Source of the DNA: Eledone cirrhosa
Taxonomy: Eukaryota
Assembly: GCA_964016885.1 (NCBI GenBank)
Contig: OZ024755.1
Coordinates: forward strand, 44,454,001-44,518,000
DNA length: 64,000 nt
Direction of reading: 5' to 3'
A program made the translations under genes and the position numbers. The notes beneath the pieces were generated by a model. It did not search any database and was not told the origin of the DNA. It was given only the letters and a program-made list of their open reading frames with translations. The number at the start of each line of letters is the position of its first letter. Position 1 is the first letter of the stretch. Positions 30,601-46,600 of this stretch are shown here, in pieces.

Positions 30601-32509
30601 ACCAACATATACTGTGTACCAGAGTTGACAGTACCCACATATACTGTGTACCACAGTTGACAGTTCCAACATATAAGGTGTACCACTGTTGATACTACCG
30701 ACATATACTGTGTAGCACAGTTGACAGTACTAACATATACTGTGTACCACAGTTGAGAGTACCACCATATACTGGGTACCACTGTTGACAGTACCAACAT
30801 ATACTGTGTACCACAGTTGACAGTACCAACATATACTGTGTACCATAGTTGACAGTACCAACATATCCTGTGTACCTCAGTTGTCAGTACCAACATATAC
30901 AGTATACCACAGTTGACAGTACCAACATATACTGTGTACCACTGTTGACAGTACCAACATATACCGTGTACCACAGTTGACAGTACCAACATATACTGTG
31001 TACCACAGCTGACACTACCAACATATACTTGTACCTCAATTGACAGTACTACCATATATTGTGTACCACCGTTGACAATACCAACGTATACTGTGTACCA
31101 CAGTTGACAGTACCAACGTATACTGTGCACCACAGTTGACAGTACCAACATATACTGTGTACCACAGTTGACAATACCAACATATACTGTGTACCACAGT
31201 TGACAATACCAACACATATAGTGTACCACAGTTGACAGTACCAACGTATACTGTGTACCACAGTTGCCAATGCCAACATATACTGTGTACCACAGTTGAG
31301 AGTACCAACATGTACCGTGTACCACAGTTGACACTACCAACGTATACTGTGTACCACAGATGACAATACCAACATATACTGTGTACCACAGTTGACAGTA
31401 CCAACATATACTGTGTACCACAGTTGAAAGTACCAACGTATACTGTGTACCACAGTTGACAACACCAACATATACTGTGTACCACAGTTGACAGTACCAA
31501 CATATACTGTATACCACAGTTGACAGTACCAACATATACTGTGTACCACAGTTGACAGTACCAACATATACTGTGTACCACAGTTGACAGTACCAACATA
31601 TACTGTATACCACAGTTGACAGTACCAACATATACTGTGTACCACTGTTGACAGTACCAACATATACCGTGTACCACAGTTGACAGTACCAACATATACT
31701 GTGTACCACAGCTGACACTACCAACATATACTTGTACCTCAGTTGACAGTATTACCATATATTGTGTACCACCGTTGACAATACCAACGTATACTGTGTA
31801 CCACAGTTGACAGTACCAACGTATACTGTGCACCACAGTTGACAGTACCAAAATATACTGTGTACCACAGTTGACAATACCAACATATACTGTGTACCAC
31901 AGTTGACAATACCAACACATATAGTGTACCACAGTTGACAGTACCAACGTATACTGTGTACCACAGTTGCCAATGCCAACATATACTGTGTACCACAGTT
32001 GAGAGTACCAACATATACTGTGTACCACAGTTGACAGTACCAACATATACTGTGTACCACAGTTGACAGTACCAACATATACTGTGTACCACAGTTGACA
32101 GTACCAATGTATACTGTGTACCACAGTTGACAGTACCAACATATACTGTGTACCACAGTTGACAGTACCAACATATACTGTGTACCATAGTTGACATTAC
32201 CAACGTATATTGTGTTCCACAGTTGACAGTACCAACATGTACTGTGTACCACAGTTGACAGTACCAACGTATACTGTGTACCACAGTTGACAGTACCAAC
32301 GTATACTGTGTACCACAGTTGACAGTACCAACATATACTGTGTACCACAGTTGACAGTACCATCATATACTGTGTACCACAGTTGACAGTACCAATATAT
32401 ATTGTGTACCACAGTTGACAGTACCAACATATACTGTGTACCATAGTTGACATTACCAACGTATATTGTGTACCACAGTTGACATTACCAACATATCCTG
32501 TGTACCTCA

Positions 32510-35500
32510 GTTGACAGTACCAACATATACTGTATACCACAGTTGACAGTACCAACATATACTGTGTACCACTGTTGACAGTACCAATATATACCGTGTA
32601 CCACAGTTGACAGTACCAACATATACTGTGTACCACAGCTGACACTACCAACATATACTTGTACCTCAGTTGACAGTACTACCATATATTGTGTACCACC
32701 GTTGACAATACCAACGTATACTGTGTACCACAGTTGACAGTACCAACGTATATTGTGCACCACAGTTGACAGTACCAACATATACTGTGTACCACAGTTG
32801 ACAATACCAACATATACTGTGTACCACAGTTGACAATACCAACACATATAGTGTACCACAGTTGACTGTACCAACGTATATTGTGTACCACAGTTGCCAA
32901 TGCCAACATATACTGTGTACCACAGTTGAGAGTACCAACATGTACCGTGTACCACAGTTGACAGTACCAACGTATACTGTGTACCACAGTTGACAATACC
33001 AACATATACTGTGTACCACAGTTGACAGTACCAACATATACTGTGTACCCTAGTTGAAAGTACCAACGTATACTGTGTACCACAGTTGACAACACCAACA
33101 TACACTGTGTATCACAGTTGACAGTACCAACATATACTGTATACCACAGTTGACAGTACCAACATATACTGTGTACCACAGTTGACAGTACCAACATATA
33201 CTGTGTACCACAGTTGACAGTACCAACATATACTGTATACCACAGTTGACAGTACCAACATATACTATGTACCACTGTTGACAGTACCAACATATACCGT
33301 GTACCACAGTTGACAGTACCAACATATACTGTGTACCACAGCTGACACTACCAACATATACTTGTACCTCAGTTGACAGTACTACCATATATTGTGTACC
33401 ACCTGTGACAATACCAACGTATACTGTGTACCACAGTTGACAGTACCAACGTATACTGTGCACCACAGTTGACAGTACCAACATATACTCTGTACCACAG
33501 TTGGCAGTACCAACATATAATGTGTACCTCAGTTGACAGTACCAACATATACTGTGTACCACAGTTGACAGTACCAACGTATACTGTGTACCACAGTTGA
33601 CAGTACCAACGTATACTGTGTACCACAGATGACAGTACCAATATATACTGTGTAACACAGTTGACAATACCAACATATAATGTGTACCACAGTTGACAGT
33701 ACCAACGTATACTGTGAACCACTGTTGGCAATACCAACATATACTGTGTACTACAGTTGACAGAACCAACATATACAGTGTACCACAGTTGACAGTACCA
33801 ACATATACTGTGTACCACAGTTGACAGTACCAACATATACTGTGTACCACAGTTGACAGAACCAACATGTACCGTGAACCACAGTTGACAGTACCAACGT
33901 ATACTGTGTACCGCAGTTGAGAGTACCAACGTATAGTGTGTACCACAGTTGACAGTACCAACATAAACTGTGTACCACAGTTGACAGTACCAACATATAC
34001 TGTGTACCACAGTTCACAGTACCAACGTATACTGTGTACCACATTTGACAGTACCAACATATACTGTGTACCACAGTTGACAGTACCAACATATACTGTG
34101 TACCACTTTTGACAGTACCAACATATACCGTGTATCACATTTGACAGTACCAACATATACTGTGTACCACTGTTGACAGTACCAACATATACTGTGTACC
34201 ACAGTTGACAGTACCAACATGTACCGTGTACCACAGTTGACAGTACCAACGTATACTGTGTACCACAGTTGACAATACCAACATATACTGTGTACCACAG
34301 TTGACATTACCAACATATACTGTGTACAACAGTTGAAAGTACCAACGTATACTGTGTACCACAGTTGACAACACCAACATATACTGTGTACCACAGTTGA
34401 CAGTACCAACATATACTGTATACCACAGTTGACAGTACCAACATATACTGTGTACCACAGTTGACAGTACCAACATATACTGTGTACCACAGTTGACAGT
34501 ACCAACATATACTGTATACCAGAGTTGACAGTACCAACATATACTGTGTACCACTGTTGACAGTACCAACATATACAGTGTACCACAGTTGACATTACCA
34601 ACATATACTGTGTACCACAGCTGACAATACCAACATATACTTGTACCTCAGTTGAGAGTACTACCATATATTGTGTACCACCGTTGACAATACCAACGTA
34701 TACTGTGTACCACAGTTGACAGTACCAACGTATACTGTGCACCACAGTTGACAGTACCAACATATACTGTGTACCACAGTTGACAATACCAACATATACT
34801 GTGTACCACAGTTGACAATACCAACACATATAGTGTACCACAGTTGACAATACCAACACATATAGTGTACCACAGTTGACAGTACCAACGTATACTGTGT
34901 ACCACAGATGCCAATGCCAACATATACTGTGTACCACAGTTGAGAGTACGAACATGTACCGTGTACCACAGTTGACAGTACCAACGTATACTGTTTACCA
35001 CAGTTGACAATACCAACATATACTGTGTACCAGAGTTGACAGTACCCACATATACTGTGTACCACAGTTGACAGTTCCAACATATAAGGTGTACCACTGT
35101 TGATACTACCGACATATACTGTGTAGCACAGTTGACAGTACTAACATATACTGTGTACCACAGTTGAGAGTACCACCATATACTGGGTACCACTGTTGAC
35201 AGTACCAACATATACTGTGTACCACAGTTGACAGTACCAACATATCCTGTGTACCTCAGTTGTCAGTACCAACATATACTGTATACCACAGTTGACAGTA
35301 CCAACATATACTGTGTACCACTGTTGACAGTACCAACATATACCGTGTACCACAGTTGACAGTACCAACATATACTGTGTACCACAGCTGACACTACCAA
35401 CATATACTTGTACCTCAATTGACAGTACTACCATATATTGTGTACCACCGTTGACAATACCAACGTATACTGTGTACCACAGTTGACAGTACCAACGTAT

Positions 35501-38500
35501 ACTGTGCACCACAGTTGACAGTACCAACATATACTGTGTACCACAGTTGACAATACCAACATATACTGTGTACCACAGTTGACAATACCAACACATATAG
35601 TGTACCACAGTTGACAGTACCAACGTATACTGTGTACCACAGTTGCGAATGCCAACATATACTGTGTACCACAGTTGAGAGTACCAACATGTACCGTGTA
35701 CCACAGTTGACAGTACCAACGTATACTGTGTACCACAGTTGACAATACCAACATATACTGTGTACCACAGTTGACAGTACCAACATATACTGTGTACCAC
35801 AGTTGAAAGTACCAACGTATACTGTGTACCACAGTTGACAACACCAACATATACTGTGTACCACAGTTGACAGTACCAACATATACTGTATACCACAGTT
35901 GACAGTAACAACATATACTGTGTACCACAGTTGACAGTACCAACATATACTGTGTACCACAGTTGACAGTACCAACATATACTGTATACCACAGTTGACA
36001 GTACCAACATATACTGTGTACCACTGTTGACAGTACCAATATATACCGTGTACCACAGTTGAGAGTACCAACATATACTGTGTACCACAGCTGACACTAC
36101 CAACATATACTTGTACCTCAGTTGACAGTACTACCATATATTGTGTACCACCGTTGACAATACCAACGTATACTGTGTACCACAGTTGACAGTACCAACG
36201 TATATTGTGCACCACAGTTGACAGTACCAACATATACTGTGTACCACAGTTGACAATACCAACATATACTGTGTACCACAGTTGACAATACCAACACATA
36301 TAGTGTACCACAGTTGACTGTACCAACGTATATTGTGTACCACAGTTGCCAATGCCAACATATACTGTGTACCACAGTTGAGAGTACCAACATGTACCGT
36401 GTACCACAGTTGACAGTACCAACGTATACTGTGTACCACAGTTGACAATACCAACATATACTGTGTACCACAGTTGACAGTACCAACATATACTGTGTAC
36501 CCTAGTTGAAAGTACCAACGTATACTGTGTACCACAGTTGACAACACCAACATACACTGTGTATCACAGTTGACAGTACCAACATATACTGTATACCACA
36601 GTTGACAGTACCAACATATACTGTGTACCACAGTTGACAGTACCAACATATACTGTGTACCACAGTTGACAGTACCAACATATACTGTATACCACAGTTG
36701 ACAGTACCAACATATACTATGTACCACTGTTGACAGTACCAACATATACCGTGTACCACAGTTGACAGTACCAACATATACTGTGTACCACAGCTGACAC
36801 TACCAACATATACTTGTACCTCAGTTGACAGTACTACCATATATTGTGTACCACCGTTGACAATACCAACGTATACTGTGTACCACAGTTTACAGTACCA
36901 ACGTATACTGTGCACCACAGTTGACAGTACCAACATATACTCTGTACCACAGTTGGCAGTACCAACATATAATGTGTACCTCAGTTGACAGTACCAACAT
37001 ATACTGTGTACCACAGTTGACAGTACCAACGTATACTGTGTACCACAGTTGACAGTACCAACGTATACTGTGTACCACAGATGACAGTACCAATATATAC
37101 TGTGTAACACAGTTGACAATACCAACATATAATGTGTACCACAGTTGACAGTACCAACGTATACTGTGAACCACTGTTGGCAATACCAACATATACTGTG
37201 TACTACAGTTGACAGAACCAACATATACAGTGTACCACAGTTGACAGTACCAACATATACTGTGTACCACAGTTGACAGTACCAACATATACTGTGTACC
37301 ACAGTTGACAGAACCAACATGTACCGTGAACCACAGTTGACAGTACCAACGTATACTGTGTACCGCAGTTGAGAGTATCAACGTATAGTGTGTACCACAG
37401 TTGACAGTACCAACATAAACTGTGTACCACAGTTGACAGTACCAACATATACTGTGTACCACAGTTCACAGTACCAACGTATACTGTGTACCACATTTGA
37501 CAGTACCAACATATACTGTGTACCACAGTTGACAGTACCAACATATACTGTGTACCACTTTTGACAGTACCAACATATACCGTGTATCACATTTGACAGT
37601 ACCAACATATACTGTGTACCACTGTTGACAGTACCAACATATACTGTGTACCACAGTTGACAGTACCAACATGTACCGTGTACCACAGTTGACAGTACCA
37701 ACGTATACTGTGTACCACAGTTGACAATACCAACATATACTGTGTACCACAGTTGACATTACCAACATATACTGTGTACCACAGTTGAAAGTACCAACGT
37801 ATACTGTGTACCACAGTTGACAACACCAACATATACTGTGTACCACAGTTGACAGTACCAACATATACTGTATACCACAGTTGACAGTACCAACATATAC
37901 TGTGTACCACAGTTGACAGTACCAACATATACTGTGTACCACAGTTGACAGTACCAACATATACTGTATACCAGAGTTGACAGTACCAACATATACTGTG
38001 TACCACTGTTGACAGTACCAACATATACAGTGTACCACAGTTGACATTACCAACATATACTGTGTACCACAGCTGACAATACCAACATATACTTGTACCT
38101 CAGTTGAGAGTACTACCATATATTGTGTACCACCGTTGACAATACCAACGTATACTGTGTACCACAGTTGACAGTACCAACGTATACTGTGCACCACAGT
38201 TGACAGTACCAACATATACTGTGTACCACAGTTGACAATACCAACATATACTGTGTACCACAGTTGACAATACCAACACATATAGTGTACCACAGTTGAC
38301 AATACCAACACATATAGTGTACCACAGTTGACAGTACCAACGTATACTGTGTACCACAGATGCCAATGCCAACATATACTGTGTACCACAGTTGAGAGTA
38401 CGAACATGTACCGTGTACCACAGTTGACAGTACCAACGTATACTGTTTACCACAGTTGACAATACCAACATATACTGTGTACCAGAGTTGACAGTACCCA

Positions 38501-39490
38501 CATATACTGTGTACCACAGTTGACAGTTCCAACATATAAGGTGTACCACTGTTGATACTACCGACATATACTGTGTAGCACAGTTGACAGTACTAACATA
38601 TACTGTGTACCACAGTTGAGAGTACCACCATATACTGGGTACCACTGTTGACAGTACCAACATATACTGTGTACCACAGTTGACAGTACCAACATATCCT
38701 GTGTACCTCAGTTGTCAGTACCAACATATACTGTATACCACAGTTGACAGTACCAACATATACTGTGTACCACTGTTGACAGTACCAACATATACCGTGT
38801 ACCACAGTTGACAGTACCAACATATACTGTGTACCACAGCTGACACTACCAACATATACTTGTACCTCAATTGACAGTACTACCATATATTGTGTACCAC
38901 CGTTGACAATACCAACGTATACTGTGTACCACAGTTGACAGTACCAACGTATACTGTGCACCACAGTTGACAGTACCAACATATACTGTGTACCACAGTT
39001 GACAATACCAACATATACTGTGTACCACAGTTGACAATACCAACACATATAGTGTACCACAGTTGACAGTACCAACGTATACTGTGTACCACAGTTGCGA
39101 ATGCCAACATATACTGTGTACCACAGTTGAGAGTACCAACATGTACCGTGTACCACAGTTGACAGTACCAACGTATACCGTGTACCACAGTTGACAATAC
39201 CAACATATACTGTGTACCACAGTTGACAGTACCAACATATACTGTGTACCACAGTTGAAAGTACCAACGTATACTGTGTACCACAGTTGACAACACCAAC
39301 ATATACTGTGTACCACAGTTGACAGTACCAACATATACTGTATACCACAGTTGACAGTACCAACATATACTGTGTACCACAGTTGACAGTACCAACATAT
39401 ACTGTGTACCACAGTTGACAGTACCAACATATACTGTATACCACAGTTGACAGTACCAACATATACTGTGTACCACTGTTGACAGTACCA
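32510..39490. repeat. Tandem duplication of a 3,452-bp (108-monomer) block
   Basis: ORF and variant patterns recur at +3452 (32666/36118, 33050/36502, 34014/37466, 35415/38867). 3452 = 108x32-4, matching the four marker monomers inside the block. Confidence 0.9.
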
Positions 39491-40611
39491 ACATATACCG
39501 TGTACCACAGTTGACAGTACCAACATATACTGTGTACCACAGCTGACACTACCAACATATACTTGTACCTCAGTTGACAGTATTACCATATATTGTGTAC
39601 CACCGTTGACAATACCAACGTATACTGTGTACCACAGTTGACAGTACCAACGTATACTGTGCACCACAGTTGACAGTACCAAAATATACTGTGTACCACA
39701 GTTGACAATACCAACATATACTGTGTACCACAGTTGACAATACCAACACATATAGTGTACCACAGTTGACAGTACCAACGTATACTGTGTACCACAGTTG
39801 CCAATGCCAACATATACTGTGTACCACAGTTGAGAGTACCAACATATACTGTGTACCACAGTTGACAGTACCAACATATACTGTGTACCACAGTTGACAG
39901 TACCAACATATACTGTGTACCACAGTTGACAGTACCAATGTATACTGTGTACCACAGTTGACAGTACCAACATATACTGTGTACCACAGTTGACAGTACC
40001 AACATATACTGTGTACCATAGTTGACATTACCAACGTATATTGTGTTCCACAGTTGACAGTACCAACATGTACTGTGTACCACAGTTGACAGTACCAACG
40101 TATACTGTGTACCACAGTTGACAGTACCAACGTATACTGTGTACCACAGTTGACAGTACCAACATATAATGTGTACCACAGTTGACAGTACCATCATATA
40201 CTGTGTACCACAGTTGACAGTACCAACATATATTGTGTACCACAGTTGACAGTACCAACATATACTTTTACCATAGTTGACATTACCAACGTATATTGTG
40301 TATCACAATTGACAGTACCAACATATCCTGTGTACCTCAGTTGACAGTACCATCATATACTGTATACCACCGTTGACAGTACCAACATATACTGTGTACC
40401 ACTGTTGACAGTACCAATATATACTGTGTACCACAGTTGACAGTACCAACATATACTGTGTACCACAGCTGACACTACCAACATATACTTGTACCTCAGT
40501 TGACAGTACTACCATATATTGTGTACCACCGTTGACAATACCAACGTATACTGTGTACCACAGTTGACAGTACCAACGTATACTGTGCACCACAGTTGAC
40601 AGTACCAACAT

Positions 40612-43600
40612 ATACTGTGTACCACAGTTGACAATACCAACATATACTGTGTACCACAGTTGACAATACCAACACATATAGTGTACCACAGTTGACAGTA
40701 CCAACGTATATTGTGTACCACAGTTGCCAATGCCAACATAAACTGTGTACCACAGTTGAGAGTACCAACATGTACCGTGTACCACAGTTGACAGTACCAA
40801 CGTATACTGTGTACCACAGTTGACAATACCAACATATACTGTGTACCACAGTTGACAGTACCAACATATACTGTGTACCACAGTTGAAAGTACCAACGTA
40901 TACTGTGTACCACAGTTGACAACACCAACATATACAGTGTATCACAGTTGACAGTACCAACATATACTGTATACCACAGTTGACAGTACCAACATATACT
41001 GTGTACCACAGTTGACAGTACCAACATATACTGTGTACCACAGTTGACAGTACCAACATATACTGTATACCACAGTTGACAGTACCAACATATACTGTGT
41101 ACCACTGTTGACAGTACCAACATATACTGTGTACCCTAGTTGACATTACCAACGTATATTGTGTACCACAGTTGACAGTACCAACATGTACTGTGTACCA
41201 CAGTTGACAGTACCAACGTATACTGTGTACCACAGTTGACAGTACCAACGTATACTGTGTACCACAGTTGACAGTACCAACGTATACTGTGCACCACAGT
41301 TGACAGTACCAACATATACTGTGTACCACAGTTGACAATACCAACATATACTGTGTACCACAGTTGACAATACCAACACATATAGTGTACCACAGTTGAC
41401 AGTACCAACGTATACTGTGTACCACAGTTGCCAATGCCATCATATACTGTGTACCACAGTTGAGAGTAACAACATATACTGTGTACCACAGTTGACAGTA
41501 CCAACATATACTGTGTACCACAGTTGACAGTACCAACATATACTGTGTACCACAGTTGACAGAACCAATGTATACTGTGTACCACAGTTGACAGTACCAA
41601 CATATACTGTGTACCACAGTTGACAGTACCAACATATACTGTGTACTCTAGTTGACATTACCAACGTATATTGTGTACCACAGTTGACAGTACCAACATG
41701 TACAGTGTACCACAGTTGACAGTACCAACGTATACTGTGTACCACAGTTGACAGTACCAATGTATACTGTGTACCACAGTTGACAGTACCAACATATACT
41801 GTGTACCACAGTTGACAGTACCAACCTATACTGTGTACCATAGTTGACATTACCAACATATACTGTGTACCACAGTTGCCAATGCCAACATATACTGTGT
41901 ACCACAGTTGAGAGTACCAACATATACTGTGTACCACAGTTGACAGTACCAACATATACTGTGTACCACAGTTGACAGTACCAACATATACTGTGTACCA
42001 CAGTTGACAGTACCAATGTATACTGTGTATCAGAGTTGACAGTACCAACATATACTGTGTACCACAGTTGACAGTACCAACATATACTGTGTACCATAGT
42101 TGACATTACCAACGTATATTGTGTTCCACAGTTGACAGTACCAACATGTACTGTGTACCACAGTTGACAGTACCAACGTATACTGTGTACCACAGTTGAC
42201 AGTACCAACGTATACTGTGTACCACAGTTGACAGTACCAACATATACTGTGTACCACAGTTGACATTACCAACATATCCTGTGTACCTCAGTTGACAGTA
42301 CCAACATATACTGTATACCACAGTTGACAGTACCAACATATACTGTGTACCACTGTTGACAGTACCAATATATACCGTGTACCACAGTTGACAGTACCAA
42401 CATATACTGTGTACCACAGCTGACACTACCAACATATACTTGTACCTCAGTTGACAGTACTACCATATATTGTGTACCACCGTTGACAATACCAACGTAT
42501 ACTGTGTACCACAGTTGACAGTACCAACGTATATTGTGCACCACAGTTGACAGTACCAACATATACTGTGTACCACAGTTGACAATACCAACACATATAG
42601 TGTACCACAGTTGACTGTACCAACGTATATTGTGTACCACAGTTGACAATACCAACATATACTGTGTACCACAGTTGACAATACCAACACATATAGTGTA
42701 CCACAGTTGACTGTACCAACGTATATTGTGTACCACAGTTGCCATTGCCAACATATACTGTGTACCACAGTTGAGAGTACCAACATGTACCGTGTACCAC
42801 AGTTGACAGTACCAACGTATACTGTGTACCACAGTTGACAATACCTACATATACTGTGTACCACAGTTGACAGTACCAACATATACTGTGTACCCTAGTT
42901 GAAAGTACCAACGTATACTGTGTACCACAGTTGACAACACCAACATATACTGTGTATCACAGTTGACAGTACCAACATATACTGTATACCACAGTTGACA
43001 GTACCAAAATATACTGTGTAGCACAGTTGACAGTACCAACATATACTGTGTACCACAGTTGACAGTACCAACATATACTGTATACCACAGTTGACAGTAC
43101 CAACATATACTGTGTACCACTGTTGACAGTACCAACATATACCGTGTACCACAGTTGACAGTACCAACATATACTGTGTACCACAGCTGACACTACCAAC
43201 ATACACTTGTACCTCAGTTGACAGTACTACCATATATTGTGTACCACCGTTGCCAATACCAACGTATACTGTGTACCACAGTTGACAGTACCAACGTATA
43301 CTGTGCACCACAGTTGACAGTACCAACATATACTGTGTACCACAGTTGGCAGTACCAACATATAATGTGTACCTCAGTTGACAGTACCAACATATACTGT
43401 GTACCACAGTTGACAGTACCAACGTATACTGTGAACCACAGTTGACAGTACCAACGTATACTGTGTACCACAGTTGACAGTACCAATATATACTGTGTAA
43501 CACAGTTGACAATACCAACATATAATGTGTACCACAGTTGACAGTACCAACGTATACTGTGAACCACTGTTGGCAATACCAACATATACTGTGTACTACA

Positions 43601-46600
43601 GTTGACAGAACCAACATATACAGTGTACCACAGTTGACAGAACCAACATATACTGTGTACCACAGTTCACAGTACCAACGTATACTGTGTACCACATTTG
43701 ACAGTACCAACATATACTGTGTACCACAGTTGACAGTACCAACATATACTGTGTACCACTTTTGACAGTACCAACATATACCGTGTATCACATTTGACAG
43801 TACCAACATATACTGTGTACCACTGTTGACAGTACCAACATATACTGTGTACCACAGTTGACAGTACCAACATGTACCGTGTACCACAGTTGACAGTACC
43901 AACGTATACTGTGTACCACAGTTGACAATACCAACATATACTGTGTACCACAGTTGACAGTACCAACATATACTGTGTACCACAGTTGAAAGTACCAACG
44001 TATACTGTGTACCACAGTTGACAACACCAACATATACTGTGTACCACAGTTGACAGTACCAACATATACTGTATACCACAGTTGACAGTACCAACATATA
44101 CTGTGTACCACAGTTGACAGTACCAACATATACTGTGTACCACAGTTGACAGTACCAACATATACTGTATACCAGAGTTGACAGTACCAACATATACAGT
44201 GTACCACAGTTGATATTACCAACATATACTGTGTACCACAGCTGACAATACCAACATATACTTGTACCTCAGTTGAGAGTACTACCATATATTGTGTACC
44301 ACCGTTGACAATACCAACGTATACTGTGTACCACAGTTGACAGTACCAACGTATACTGTGCACCACAGTTGACAGTACCAACATATACTGTGTACCACAG
44401 TTGACAATACCAACACATATAGTGTACCACAGTTGACAATACCAACACATATAGTGTACCACAGTTGACAGTACCAACGTATACTGTGTACCACAGTTGC
44501 CAATGCCAACATATAGTGTGTACCACAGTTGAGAGTACCAACATGTACCGTGTACCACAGTTGACAGTACCAACGTATACTGTGTACCACAGTTGACAGT
44601 ACCAACGTATACTGTTTACCACAGTTGACAATACCAACATATACTGTGTACCAGAGTTGACAGTACCCACATATACTGTGTACCACAGTTGACAGTTCCA
44701 ACATATAAGGTGTACCACTGTTGATACTACCGACATATACTGTGTAGCACAGTTGACAGTACTAACATATACTGTGTACCACAGTTGAGAGTACCACCAT
44801 ATACTGGGTACCACTGTTGACAGTACCAACATATACTGTGTACCACAGTTGACAGTACCAACATATACTGTGTACCATAGTTGACAGTACCAACATATCC
44901 TGTGTACCTCAGTTGTCAGTACCAACATATACTGTATACCACAGTTGACAGTACCAACATATACTGTGTACTACTGTTGACAGTACCAACATATACCGTG
45001 TACCACAGTTGACAGTACCAACATATACTGTGTACCACAGCTGACACTACCAACATATACTTGTACCTCAATTGACAGTACTACCATATATTGTGTACCA
45101 CAGTTGACAATACCAACACATATAGTGTACCACAGTTGACAGTACCAACGTATACTGTGTACCACAGTTGCGAATGCCAACATATACTGTGTACCACAGT
45201 TGAGAGTACCAACATGTACCGTGTACCACAGTTGACACTACCAACGTATACTGTGTACCACAGTTGACAATACCAACATATACTGTGTACCACAGTTGAC
45301 AGTACCAACATATACTGTGTACCACAGTTGAAAGTACCAACGTATACTGTGTACCACAGTTGACAACACCAACATATACTGTGTACCACAGTTGACAGTA
45401 CCAACATATACTGTATACCACAGTTGACAGTACCAACATATACTGTGTACCACAGTTGACAGTACCAACATATACTGTGTACCACAGTTGACAGTACCAA
45501 CATATACTGTATACCACAGTTGACAGTACCAACATATACTGTGTACCACTGTTGACAGTACCAACATATACCGTGTACCACAGTTGACAGTACCAACATA
45601 TACTGTGTACCACAGCTGACACTACCAACATATACTTGTACCTCAGTTGACAGTATTACAATATATTGTGTACCACCGTTGACAATACCAACGTATACTG
45701 TGTACCACAGTTGAGAGTACCAACGTATACTGTGCACCACAGTTGACAGTACCAAAATATACTGTGTACCACAGTTGACAATACCAACATATACTGTGTA
45801 CCACAGTTGACAATACCAACACATATAGTGTACCACAGTTGACAGTACCAACGTATACTGTGTACCACAGTTGCCAATACCAACATATACTGTGTACCAC
45901 AGTTGAGAGTACCAACATATACTGTGTACCACAGTTGACAGTACCAACATATACTGTGTACCACAGTTGACAGTACCAACATATACTGTGTACCACTGTT
46001 GACAGTACCAACATATACCGTGTACCACAGTTGACAGTACCAACATATACTGTGTACCACAGTTGACAGTACCAACATATATTGTGTACCACAGTTGCAA
46101 GTACCAACATATACTGTGTACCCTAGTTGACAGTACCAACATATCCTGTGTACCTCAGTTGTCAGTACCAACATATACTGTATACCACAGTTGACAGTAC
46201 CAACATATACTGTGTACCACTGTTGACAGTACCAACATATAATGTGTACCACAGTTGACAGTACCATCATATACTGTGTACCACAGTTGACAGTACCAAC
46301 ATATATTGTGTACCACAGTTGACAGTACCAACATATACTGTGTGCCATAGTTGACATTACCAACGTATATTGTGTACCACAGTTGACAGTACCAACATAT
46401 CCTGTGTACCTCAGTTGACAGTACCATCATATACTGTATACCACAGTTGACAGTACCAACATATACTGTGTACCACTGTTGACAGTACCAATATATACCG
46501 TGTACCACAGTTGACAGTACCAACATATACTGTGTACCACCGTTGACAATACCAACGTATACTGTGTACCACAGTTGACAGTACCAACATATACTGTGTA

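Larger units (their letters stand above)
1..35840. repeat. Large near-identical duplication: 1-~19598 matches 20048-~35840
   Basis: Identical variant patterns and ORF translations at offset 20047 (86/20133, 3581/23628), then 17040 (9147/26187, 11024/28064), 16210 (12493/28703) and 16242 (13644/29886, 19173/35415). The offset steps equal the 3007-bp and 830-bp duplications and a one-monomer indel. Confidence 0.92.
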
